Assembly: GCA_050014975.1 (NCBI GenBank)
Contig: JBEKCH010000002.1
Coordinates: 12,158 to 76,157 of the forward strand
Origin: Candidatus Limnocylindrales bacterium
GTDB taxonomy: Bacteria > Chloroflexota > Limnocylindria > Limnocylindrales > CSP1-4
Reading direction: 5' to 3'
Length of the DNA: 64,000 nt
In this document: positions 27,034 to 36,027 of the stretch, piece by piece
How the letters are laid out: each line of letters starts with the position of its first letter
Numbering within the stretch: the first letter of the stretch is position 1
Notes under the pieces: generated by a model
What the model was told of the DNA's origin: nothing
What the model saw: the letters and a program-made list of their open reading frames with translations, nothing else
Database searches by the model: none
Program-made: the position numbers and the translations under genes

Positions 27034-28125
27034 CTACGCCCCGGCCACCGCGCTGTGCCGCCGGCGTGCGACCCGCCGCAGGACCCACAGGATCCCCAGC
27101 AGGAGCGCCAGCCCGAGCACGATCGGCAGGCCGACGATGACTGCCCACACACCGATGGTGACCAGCCCCTGGCCGACGCGGATGAGGGCCGCCGCGGCCT
27201 GATCCACCTGGGCGCCGAGATCCCAGTCCTGGGTCGCCTGGGTCGTCACGGTCACGGTCGGAAGCGAGAAGGTCACGTTCAAGGTGCTCATCGCGGCCTG
27301 ATTCTTGAGCTCGTCACGCTGGGCGGTCAGCTCCTCGATCTGGCCCTGGGTGGTGCTGAGCTGCTGCTCGACCGCGAGGACGTCGGCGGTCGTCGTGGCT
27401 CTGGCCATGATCGACTGCAGGGCGGCTTCGGTGACCTGCAGGTTGGCCAGCCGAGCGTCGTAGTCGACGACCTGGGAGGTGACGTCCGTCGAGTTGGTCT
27501 GCTCGGACACGACCCGGCCGGCGAGGCCACGCATCGCGGCGATGGCGGCGTCGAACTTAGCCGCCGGAACACGGTAAGTCACGCTGGCCGTGGCGGACTC
27601 CTTGTCGCCCGATTGCGATGACTGACTGACGTCGCCGCCCATGCCGACGATGGCGGACTTCGCCTGGGCGACCGCCTTGTCGATGTCCGACACCTCGAGC
27701 GACATGGAGCCGGTCTTGACGATCTGGGTCGTTTCGAGAGTGGCGGTGTTGGGAACCACGGTCGAGGTCTGGTTGGTGCCGACCGTGTCCGAGGACGTCC
27801 CCGAGGACTCGAAACCGCCGGCGCCCGTCGCCGGCGACGCGGCCGGCAGCGCGCCCTTCAGGCTGGCATCGCCCGGCGCCAGTGCAGCACGGGCGGGGCT
27901 CGGTCCGGGTGTGCCCGAGTTCGGGCTGCCGACGACGTAAGCGGCGCCGAGCAGCGCCACGACGGCGAGCGCAGCGATGAGTCGGCTGAGAGGCATGCGG
28001 CCGACATGGGCCTTCGCTATTTGGCGAGCGACGGAGCCCACGACGTTTGTGGGTGCTGCGGGCGGTGCTGGTGGTGTGGCGTCTGGGTGGTTCGCCTGGC
28101 CGGGTTCGTGGGCTTGGGTAGTCAT
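27034..28125 (-). CDS. DUF4349-domain membrane protein
   Basis: It has an N-terminal TM, an S/T/P-rich linker, a coiled region 'YDARLANLQVTEAALQSIMARA...EQQLSTTQGQIEELTAQRDELKNQ' and C-terminal TMs. ATG 28125 was chosen as the start. Confidence 0.7.
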   Translation of the reverse strand: MTTQAHEPGQANHPDATPPAPPAAPTNVVGSVARQIAKAHVGRMPLSRLIAALAVVALLGAAYVVGSPNSGTPGPSPARAALAPGDASLKGALPAASPATGAGGFESSGTSSDTVGTNQTSTVVPNTATLETTQIVKTGSMSLEVSDIDKAVAQAKSAIVGMGGDVSQSSQSGDKESATASVTYRVPAAKFDAAIAAMRGLAGRVVSEQTNSTDVTSQVVDYDARLANLQVTEAALQSIMARATTTADVLAVEQQLSTTQGQIEELTAQRDELKNQAAMSTLNVTFSLPTVTVTTQATQDWDLGAQVDQAAAALIRVGQGLVTIGVWAVIVGLPIVLGLALLLGILWVLRRVARRRHSAVAGA

Positions 28126-28234
28126 CGGATCGCCCTCAATGCTCTGCTCGGGAGGCCGCGGCTCGAGCGGCTGTCGGAAGGAGGACGCCCGGAGGGCGGG
28201 CGCGGTTCCAGAAGCCGGCCGAACGGGCACCGGC

Positions 28235-28273
28235 GAGTGGCGCCGGGGAGTGGCGCCGGGGAGTGGCGCCGCC
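28235..28273. repeat. 13-nt direct tandem repeat x3 (gagtggcgccggg), between panC and the DUF4349 gene
   Basis: There are two perfect copies plus one variant (gagtggcgccgcc). The last copy abuts and overlaps the panC stop codon at 28273-28275. Confidence 0.8.
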
Positions 28274-29127
28274 TAGGGCAGGGGTTCGTTGTCGATGAGG
28301 CGGACCGCGCCAAAGCGCACGGCCATGGACAGGAGCGTCGGCCCGTCGACGCGTTCCAGCTCGCGCAGGGTGGCCGAATCGGCGCAGCTCACGTATTCCG
28401 GCGCGGCCAGAGGCTCGGCTGCCAGGGTCATCCGCATCGCGGCCCTGAGGATCTCCGCGTCTCTCTCGCCGGCATCGTACCGGGCGCGGGCGGCCGACAG
28501 CGCCCTTCGCAGAACCGGGGCGGCCGCCCGCTGCTGGGGAGTGAGCCGGACGTTCCGTGAGCTCAGCGCCAGGCCGTCCGGCTCGCGCACGATCGGGCAG
28601 GCGACGATCTCCGTGGCCACTCCCAGGTCCGCGGCCATCCGCCGGATCACGAGCAGCTGCTGGGCGTCCTTCTGGCCGAAGTAGGCGCGATCCGCCCCGG
28701 CCAACCCAAGGAGGATCGCCACGACCGTCGTCACGCCCTCGAAATGGCCGGGCCTGGCCGCGCCTTCGAGTGGCTGCGTCAGCGCCCCGACCCGGACGCT
28801 CGTCTCGAATCCGGGATGGTAGATCTCTTCGACGGGCGGGATCAAGAGCAGGTCGGCGCCGGCCGCGCCACAGACCCGCACGTCCGCCGCCTCGTCGCGC
28901 GGGTATGCCTCGAAGTCGGAGGTCTCGTTGAACTGGAGCGGGTTGACGAAGATCGTCACCAGGACAGTGGCGTTCTCGGCATGAGCCCGGCGGATCAGCG
29001 AGGCGTGGCCCTCGTGCAGGGCGCCCATCGTCGGTACCAGGCCCACGGGCCGGCGTGCCCCGGCCAGCGCCTCGCGCAGATCGGCCCGTGTGCGGACTAC
29101 ATGGGGAAGCGCGACCGGCCGAACCAC
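28273..29127 (-). CDS. panC: pantoate--beta-alanine ligase
   Basis: It has 'LVPTMGALHEGHASLI'. A GTG at 29127 lies 4 nt after the panB stop. Confidence 0.9.
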   Translation of the reverse strand: MVRPVALPHVVRTRADLREALAGARRPVGLVPTMGALHEGHASLIRRAHAENATVLVTIFVNPLQFNETSDFEAYPRDEAADVRVCGAAGADLLLIPPVEEIYHPGFETSVRVGALTQPLEGAARPGHFEGVTTVVAILLGLAGADRAYFGQKDAQQLLVIRRMAADLGVATEIVACPIVREPDGLALSSRNVRLTPQQRAAAPVLRRALSAARARYDAGERDAEILRAAMRMTLAAEPLAAPEYVSCADSATLRELERVDGPTLLSMAVRFGAVRLIDNEPLP

Positions 29128-29131
29128 GGCC

Positions 29132-30058
29132 TCAGAGGTCCCGGTCGAGCGGAATGCCGGGCCCCATCTCGATGCCTTCGGCCCGATCGAGAACGCTCCT
29201 GCCAAGGACCTCGTCCAGGATCGTTTCCTCCATCCGCGTACTCTGCTCGGGGCCGGGGAAAACGCCGGCGCGAACGTCTTCGCGGTATGCCTCGGCGGCG
29301 GATCGGATCACCGAGTAGAGCTCGGCATAGTGAGTGGCATGGCGCGGCGTGAAGTCGGGGTTGAGGCCCAGCAGATCCGTGATGACCTGGACCTGGCCGG
29401 AACAGCCCGCGCCGGCGCCGATGCCGATCGTCGGAATGCGCAGCCGCTCGGTGATGGCGGCGGCCAGCTGCTCGGGCACGAGCTCCAGGACGACCGCGAA
29501 CGCGCCGGCCTGCTGGACCGCCAGGGCGTCGTGAAGGAGCTGGCGACCGGCCTCGCGGGTCTTGCCCTGGACTCGATGGCCGCCCAGCTGATGTATCGAC
29601 TGAGGCGTGAGGCCGATGTGGGCCATGACCGGGATGCCGGCCCGAACGATCGACTCGATGGTGCGGGCGCTGCGCTCGCCGCCTTCGAGCTTGACCGCCC
29701 CGGCCCCGCCTTCGCGCATCAATTCGCCCGCATTCTCCAGGCTGGCCTGCGGCGTCACGCCGTAGGAGAGAAACGGCATATCGACCACTACAAGGGCCCG
29801 CTTGGTGCCTCGCACGACGGCCTTGGTGTGGTGGAGCATCTCCGCCATGGTGACGCGGACGGTGCTGTCGTAACCGAGCATCACCTGTCCCAGGGAGTCG
29901 CCCACGAGCAGCATCGGAATGCCGGCCTCGTCGAGGATGCGGGCCGTGGGGTAGTCGTAGGCGGTGAGCATGGCGATCCGCTCACCTTCGGCGTAAAGCC
30001 TGGCGATGGATGCTATCGTCAGCCTGCCGGCCTGCTGGGGCGAGGGCGCCTGGCTCAT
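29132..30058 (-). CDS. panB: 3-methyl-2-oxobutanoate hydroxymethyltransferase
   Basis: It has 'LTAYDYPTARILDEAGIPMLLVGDSLG'. The ATG overlaps the coaBC stop (ATGA). Confidence 0.9.
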   Translation of the reverse strand: MSQAPSPQQAGRLTIASIARLYAEGERIAMLTAYDYPTARILDEAGIPMLLVGDSLGQVMLGYDSTVRVTMAEMLHHTKAVVRGTKRALVVVDMPFLSYGVTPQASLENAGELMREGGAGAVKLEGGERSARTIESIVRAGIPVMAHIGLTPQSIHQLGGHRVQGKTREAGRQLLHDALAVQQAGAFAVVLELVPEQLAAAITERLRIPTIGIGAGAGCSGQVQVITDLLGLNPDFTPRHATHYAELYSVIRSAAEAYREDVRAGVFPGPEQSTRMEETILDEVLGRSVLDRAEGIEMGPGIPLDRDL

Positions 30059-31596
30059 GAGGCCGCCTCCGGCCTCGAGGCGGCGGCCGGCCTGGCTCCC
30101 TGCTCGGTCTCGGCCACCGGCGAAGGCTCGGTCGAATTCTCGGTGGCCTCCCGGGCCGCGCCTCGAGAGTCGAGGCGGATCAGGATGCGATCGAGCAGAA
30201 GCTCGGCGACCTCTCGCTTGGTGAGCATCGGCAGCTGTTCCGGCGCGCCTTCCGGATAGTAGATGGTCACCCGGTTCGTGTCGGTGCCGAAGCCTGAGCC
30301 CGGCTCGGTCACGTCGTTGGCCACGAGCATGTCCACGCCCTTGGCCCGCACCTTGTCCGCGGCGCGATCGGTGGCACCGGTTTCGGCCGCGAAACCGACC
30401 AGGATCGGGCGCAGCGCTCCCGAGGCCCGAACACCGGTACGAACACGCTCAGAGGCTTCGGCCAGCAGATCCGGCGTGGCGTCCAGCTCGAGATTCATGC
30501 CGGCGGCCCGGCCCAGCTTCTTGTCGGACGCGGTCTTGGGGCGGAAATCGGCGACGGCCGCGGCCATGACCAGGACGTCGAAAACGGGGCCCTCGGGCGG
30601 AGTCAGGGCGCGGAGGGCGGCCTGCATCTCCGCGGCGGTTTCGACGCGAGCGACGTGAGCGCCGTTCGGCGGATCGACGTTAACATGGCCGAGGATGAGG
30701 GTCACCGCCGCGCCGCGGTCGAGGGCGTCCTCGGCGATGGCGATCCCCATCTTGCCCGTGGACCGATTGCCGACAAAGCGGACCGGGTCGATGGGCTCGG
30801 CGGTGCCACCCGCGGTGATGACGATGTGGCGACCGGCGAAGTCGATGTGGGGTGGGCGGACCGGCGTGGCCGGGGCCGCCGCAGGCTCGGCCACAGCCGG
30901 TTCGGCCGAAGCTTCGGGCTGGGCCGTAGGTTCCGGCTGGGCCGCGGGTTCGGCCGCCGCAGGTTCCGGCTGGGCCGCGGCTTCGGCCGCCGCAGGTTCA
31001 ACGTTCGCGATCGCGACGCTCGGGGAGGGTGAGATGCCGCTCAGCGCCTCCACGGTCGCCTCGACGATGCGTTCCAGGGCGGCCAGCCGCCCCAGGCCAT
31101 CCATCCCGGAGGCGAGCGGCCCCCGCTCGGGCTCGACGATCCGGTAGCCGAACTGGCGCAGCCGGACGAGGTTCCCCTGAGTGGCCGGGTGGGCGTACAT
31201 GCCGCCGTCCATCGCCGGTGCCACGACCACGGGAACGGAGGTGGCCAGGCAGGCAGCCGTGATCGCATCGCCGGCTAGGCCATTGGCCATGGCGCCCAGC
31301 CAGTGGGCCGTGGCGGGGGCGACCACGATCGCCTCGACGTCGTTCGCGGCGCTGATGTGCCCGATCCGCCCGTCTGGCTGGAGTGCCAGGACATCGCTGT
31401 CGACCGGGTGGTGGCTCAGCGTCTCGAGAGTGAGCGGCCCCACGAACGCCGTGGCGGAAGGCGTCATGAGAACCCGTACGTCGGCGCCTTCGGCCTGGAG
31501 CAGGCGCAACAGCTCCACGGACTTGTATGCGGCAATCGAACCGGTGACGCCGAGGGCGATCCGACGCCCGGCCAGGCGGCCGCTGCCTTTCTTCAT
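30055..31596 (-). CDS. coaBC: bifunctional phosphopantothenoylcysteine decarboxylase / phosphopantothenate--cysteine ligase
   Basis: The N-terminal domain has 'GVTGSIAAYKSVELLRLL' and the CoaB domain has 'GNRSTGKMGIAIAE'. A P/A/E-rich linker of about 45 aa sits between the domains. The ATG overlaps the coaX stop (ATGA). Confidence 0.9.
   Translation of the reverse strand: MKKGSGRLAGRRIALGVTGSIAAYKSVELLRLLQAEGADVRVLMTPSATAFVGPLTLETLSHHPVDSDVLALQPDGRIGHISAANDVEAIVVAPATAHWLGAMANGLAGDAITAACLATSVPVVVAPAMDGGMYAHPATQGNLVRLRQFGYRIVEPERGPLASGMDGLGRLAALERIVEATVEALSGISPSPSVAIANVEPAAAEAAAQPEPAAAEPAAQPEPTAQPEASAEPAVAEPAAAPATPVRPPHIDFAGRHIVITAGGTAEPIDPVRFVGNRSTGKMGIAIAEDALDRGAAVTLILGHVNVDPPNGAHVARVETAAEMQAALRALTPPEGPVFDVLVMAAAVADFRPKTASDKKLGRAAGMNLELDATPDLLAEASERVRTGVRASGALRPILVGFAAETGATDRAADKVRAKGVDMLVANDVTEPGSGFGTDTNRVTIYYPEGAPEQLPMLTKREVAELLLDRILIRLDSRGAAREATENSTEPSPVAETEQGARPAAASRPEAAS
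30880..30999. repeat. 33-nt tandem duplication (plus degenerate copies) encoding the P/A/E-rich CoaC-CoaB linker
   Basis: Positions 30928-30960 and 30961-30993 differ at one position, and a third partial copy follows. The repeat is in frame ('EPAAAEAAAQPEPAAAEPAAQPEP'). Confidence 0.75.
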
Positions 31597-32462
31597 CGGG
31601 CGTCCTCCGAGATGATGTGGATGGAGCCGGCGGCGCTGCCCGTCCAACCGGCGGTGGTCTCGCCTGGAACCGCGGGCGAGCCGTTGGCCACGGCCCACAG
31701 GATGGCCAGCCCCTTGAGGGTGAGTTCCGGGTCGATGGCGTCCACGCCTGGCAGGTTGCGAACCCATGGCGCGCCGGACAGGCCACCGGTCAGGACGACC
31801 TGGATGGATCCTTCCTCGACCTTCTGGGACCGTGCCAGCTCCGATCGAATGCGCTCGAGCAGCCCGAGCGTCAGGGCCTGGTAGCCGAGGACGGCGCCCG
31901 ACTGCATGGCCGACACGGTGTCCGTGCCGATCGCTCTCTTCGGCTCAGCCAGCTCGATCCGGGGCAGGCGGGCCGTCCGCGACGCGAGCGCCTCGAGCCC
32001 GATCTCCAAACCGGGAGTGATGGCGCCGCCGACATACCCGCCGTCGCGGGCCACGCAGTCGAATGTGGTCGCGGTCCCGAAATCTACGACGATCGCCGGG
32101 GCTCCATACAGCCGCCCCACGGCCAGGGCGTTCACCAGGCGGTCGGCGCCCACCTCGGCCGGCCGCTCGGTTCGAACGGGGATCGGCATGATCGCGGCCG
32201 TGGCCGAGAGCAGTGGCAGGCCTCGCTGCTCGGCCACCGTCTCGGCGGCGCTCGTGAGGGCCGGCACGACGGACGCAAGGCAGATCGCGGTGACGTCCGT
32301 AAGGGTGGCGCCGTCCAGGCGGAGCAGCCCGTCGACGAGCATCTCCAGCTCGTCCGGAGTAGCCGAGGGGTGTGTCGCCGCCCGCCGACTGGCCACGATC
32401 GCCTCGTCCTGGACCAGCCCCAGGGTGATGTTGGTGTTGCCGATGTCAAGCGCCAGAAGCAT
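31593..32462 (-). CDS. coaX: type III pantothenate kinase
   Basis: The N-terminus reads 'MLLALDIGNTNITLGL'. It has an ASKHA fold pattern and a C-terminal tail of about 30 aa. Confidence 0.85.
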   Translation of the reverse strand: MLLALDIGNTNITLGLVQDEAIVASRRAATHPSATPDELEMLVDGLLRLDGATLTDVTAICLASVVPALTSAAETVAEQRGLPLLSATAAIMPIPVRTERPAEVGADRLVNALAVGRLYGAPAIVVDFGTATTFDCVARDGGYVGGAITPGLEIGLEALASRTARLPRIELAEPKRAIGTDTVSAMQSGAVLGYQALTLGLLERIRSELARSQKVEEGSIQVVLTGGLSGAPWVRNLPGVDAIDPELTLKGLAILWAVANGSPAVPGETTAGWTGSAAGSIHIISEDAR

Positions 32463-32671
32463 GCTCCGATGATACTGCCCCGCGGCGAGCCTCAGCCGCG
32501 TGTGTCCTTCTCTTGAGATGTCGTTCCGGCAGAGGATGCTATTCCGGACGCCGGTGCTGCCGAACTCCGGCTGAGCGGGCCTTATCGTCTTGTCCGGAGG
32601 GGCCCCCTGCGGTACGATCCAACGGTCGGTCACCGGCGCTTCAACCCGTCACCCCCGCTGCCCCAGGAGGA

Positions 32672-33106
32672 GTGGTGTCGTCCGTGCCGCCAGCGAAGTT
32701 CTTCGTGAATCGCGGCATCGTCTCGAGCCGGATCGACCTTCTCAATGTCCTCCGTCCCCTGGAGAAGCAGACCGTGGCTTACCGGCATTACCGCGGCCAC
32801 GAGCTGGTTCAGCATGGGATGGGCTGGGTGGAGCGGATCGTTGCCGAGGAGCCGGAGACGTCGACGTTCTTCACCCCGCTCTCGATCTGCCTGAACGTGG
32901 ATTCGTTCGAGCATCTCGAGTTCGAGACCCGTCCCGACCAGCTGCTCACGTATCGACTGGTGCAGGGGGACGAAGCCATCGTGATCGATTTCGCGCCCGG
33001 CGGCGTTGCGGCCGCCGGCCCGTTCGAGCCCCGTCAGCTCGAATTCGACACTTCGGGCTACGTCCAGATGGAGTTGCTCGGCCCCGACACCGCCGAAGGT
33101 GAGTAA
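32672..33106 (+). CDS. hypothetical protein (~144 aa)
   Basis: An AGGAGG sequence lies immediately upstream of tandem GTG codons at 32672 and 32675. Codon bias is coding-like. I recognise no family, and the start is uncertain. Confidence 0.5.
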   Translation: MVSSVPPAKFFVNRGIVSSRIDLLNVLRPLEKQTVAYRHYRGHELVQHGMGWVERIVAEEPETSTFFTPLSICLNVDSFEHLEFETRPDQLLTYRLVQGDEAIVIDFAPGGVAAAGPFEPRQLEFDTSGYVQMELLGPDTAEGE

Positions 33107-33284
33107 GGGGACCCCAGACCAGCCGCTTCGGGAACCCCCGGCAACGGATGGATCTCGACCGTCAGGAGCGCAGTGGGCCGCGCCAGCGCGCGGTCGGCAG
33201 GAGAGACGCGCCGCCCGGGTCTGGGAACCTCCGGGTGGTCAGCGATCGGTTGGAACGACCAGCAGACAGCCGGAGGAGAAACCG

Positions 33285-34655
33285 TTGGATGCAGTCACGG
33301 GCCCGATAGCCCGCTACTTCAAGTTCGCCGAACGCGGCACGAACTTCCTGACCGAGTCCCGGGCCGGCCTGACCACGTTCATGGTGATGTGCTACATCAT
33401 CTTCTTGAACGGCAGCATCATCGCCGGGCCACTTCATCTCGACCCGATCGCCGTTGCTGCGGGAACCTGCCTGTGCGCAGGCGTGTTGACGATTGCCATG
33501 GGCCTCGTGGCGAACTACCCATTCGCTCTTGCCGCGGGCCTCGGCATCAACGCCATCGTCGCTTACACCCTCGTGGCGCCGAAGGCCAACGGAGGCCTGG
33601 GCATGACGCCGGGGGCCGCGATGGGCGTCATCGTGGCCGAGGGCGTGATCATCACGATCCTGGTCGTCCTGGGTCTCCGGGAGGCCATCATGCGGGCGGT
33701 CCCGCTCGCGCTCAAGCGGTCCATCGGCGTTGGCATCGGACTCTTCATCCTGTTCATCGGGCTGTCCAACGGCGGCCTGATCGGCGGCTCGAATTCCGCC
33801 TATGGCGCGGTTCCTCCAGTAGGCCTTCGGCCGATCGTGGAACTCTCGCAGTGGATCTTCCTGGTTGGCCTACTGCTCACCTTCGTGCTGTACGCGCTGC
33901 GCGTCAAAGCGGCGCTCATCATCAGCATCGTGGCGACGTCCATCCTGGCCTTCGTCACCGGGGTGACTTCGGCTCCGCCGCACTGGACCGTGACGCCGGG
34001 CTGAGGCGGGCTCTTCTACTCTGACGTTCCTGGTGTCTTCACTCGGGTCGCTCTCATCACCGCCATCCTCACCATCTTCGCCATCATGCTGAGCGACTTC
34101 TTCGACACCATGGGAACGGTTACTGGAATCGCCGCCGAGGCGGGCCTGGCGAGCGAGGACGGCTCCGTTCCTGGTATTGGGCGGACCCTCTTCGTCGACT
34201 CCGTCGCCGCGGCGGTCGGCGGCTTCGTCGGGGTCAGTTCCAACACCACCTATATCGAGTCGGCGGCAGGCGTTGCCGAAGGGGGACGCACCGGTTTCAC
34301 GGCCATCGTGACCGGCGTGCTGTTCCTTGTCGCGATCTTGCTTTCGCCACTGGCCAACCTCGTGCCTGGAGTTGCGACGGCTCCGGCCCTCGTGCTGGTG
34401 GGCTACCTGATGTTCACGTTGATCAAGGACATCAACGTTGCGGACCTGGAGTACGGTCTCCCGGCCCTCATGACGATCATCGTCATGCCGCTGACCTACA
34501 GCATTACGGACGGGATCGGCGCAGGTTTCATCACGTGGGCGCTGCTGAAGGTCGTCAAGCGGAAGTGGCGCGACATCCACTGGCTGATGGCTGTGGTTAC
34601 TCTTGCTTTCGTTGTGTACTTCGCCCAAAACTGGATTCTCGTGGTCTGGCACTGA
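33285..34655 (+). pseudogene. NCS2/AzgA-family purine (adenine/guanine/hypoxanthine-type) permease interrupted by a single in-frame TGA at 34002-34004
   Basis: A TTG start at 33285 follows a GGAGGAG Shine-Dalgarno sequence. The two track ORFs (33006-34004 and 34086-34655) are in the same frame. The sequence reads through as '...APPHWTVTPG*GGLFYSDVPGVFTRVALITAILTIFAIMLSDFFDTMGT...'. The family motifs 'RGTNFLTE' and 'DFFDTMGT' are present. Confidence 0.75.
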
Positions 34656-34749
34656 GCCAAGGCTCGTTCTGCGGCCGGCGCTCGTGAGGGCGCCGGCCGC
34701 CTCTGCTTTTGCGAGGGCTTCGCCCTCGCCATCCGCTAGCATTCGCTCG

Positions 34750-36027
34750 ATGTTCGAACGCACAGTGCTGCTTGACGGACCACGTGTTATCACGTCGCGG
34801 CTTGCCGGGGCTCGCTCCGTATCGCTGGCCGCGTACGTCCTCGCCGGCTCGCGCCTGGAGTCGCCCGAGGAAGCGGGCGCGGCACACTTCATGGAGCACA
34901 TCACCTTCAAGGGGACGGCGGCATATCCCACCACCCGCGCCGTCTCCGAGGCGATCGAGGGGATCGGCGGCAGCTTCAACGCCGCCACCGATCGCGAATC
35001 GACTGTCTACTGGGTCCGCGTGCCGCTCCGCGAGGCGGTGCGCGGTATGGACGTCCTGGGCGAGCTGATCGTCAGGCCGCACCTGAGGGGCGAGGAGATC
35101 GAGTCCGAGCGGGCCGTGATCGTCGAGGAGATCCGCTCGTATCTGGACGACCCCGGCGAGCACGTCCACACGCTATTCGACCTGGCCATGTTCGGCGACA
35201 CGCCCCTGGGGCGCGAGATTGCCGGCAGCGAGGAAAGCGTCCGGGCCCTGACCCGGGAGAACCTGCGGGCCTTCTGGGCCTCGGCCTATCGTCCCGGCAA
35301 CGTCGTGGTCTCGGCTGCCGGCGACATCTCGCACGAGGAAGTGGTAGCCCTAGCGGAGAGGGCTTTCGGCACGGGGGCGGCTTTCCGGCCCGTCTTCGAC
35401 CCGGCTCCGCCCCTGCCCGCGGGCGACCGGATCGTCGTCGCTCGGCGACATACGACGCAGGCTCAGTTGTGCCTGGGTGTCCCGGGCTTGCCACGAGATG
35501 ACCCAGGGGCCTGGACACTTGAGATACTTAGCGCCATCCTCGGGGATGGCATGAGCAGTCGCTTGTTCCAGTCCGTCCGCGAGGAGAAGGGCCTCGCCTA
35601 CGACGTGAGCTCCTACATCGTCGACTATGCCGACGCGGGGGCCCTGGTCGTCTCCGCCGGCGTCGATCCAGCTCGGATCGGACCGGCTGTCAAGGCAATC
35701 CTGGCGGAACTTGCCCGGCTGCGCGACGAGCCCGTGCCCGCCGACGAGCTGGCGCGCTCCAAGGCCTACCTGGGCGGCCGGATGGAGCTCAGGATGGAGG
35801 AAACCCGCCACCTCGCCTCCTGGCTGGGTGGGCAGGAGGCGCTCCACGATCGGGTGCTCACGCTCGAACAGGCCCTTGCGGAGCTGGGTGCGGTGACCTC
35901 TGACGGGATTCTCGAGATGGCGGGGCGACTTGTGCGCGACGACCTGCTCAGGCTCGCGGCAGTTACGCCACGCGGCCGAAGGCGCGGACTGGAGGCGATG
36001 CTGAGACTGCCGGGAGGCACGGGGTGA
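34750..36027 (+). CDS. M16-family (pitrilysin/insulinase-like, M16B-size) zinc peptidase
   Basis: It has the inverted zinc motif '[11 protein letters not shown]' (HxxEH). The protein is 425 aa. Confidence 0.85.
   Translation: MFERTVLLDGPRVITSRLAGARSVSLAAYVLAGSRLESPEEAGAAHFMEHITFKGTAAYPTTRAVSEAIEGIGGSFNAATDRESTVYWVRVPLREAVRGMDVLGELIVRPHLRGEEIESERAVIVEEIRSYLDDPGEHVHTLFDLAMFGDTPLGREIAGSEESVRALTRENLRAFWASAYRPGNVVVSAAGDISHEEVVALAERAFGTGAAFRPVFDPAPPLPAGDRIVVARRHTTQAQLCLGVPGLPRDDPGAWTLEILSAILGDGMSSRLFQSVREEKGLAYDVSSYIVDYADAGALVVSAGVDPARIGPAVKAILAELARLRDEPVPADELARSKAYLGGRMELRMEETRHLASWLGGQEALHDRVLTLEQALAELGAVTSDGILEMAGRLVRDDLLRLAAVTPRGRRRGLEAMLRLPGGTG

Noticed and set aside
33107-33284. I expected a purine (or xanthine/NMT1-type) riboswitch upstream of the NCS2 permease.
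   Set aside because: The conserved purine-riboswitch junction and loop sequences are absent. Only generic GC-rich hairpins can be drawn.
34002-34004. The in-frame TGA interpreted as selenocysteine or as a reassigned codon (Gly/Trp).
   Set aside because: Several well-defined genes in the window terminate at TGA. I see no SECIS-like hairpin immediately downstream. The position is a non-conserved loop of a transporter with no redox role.
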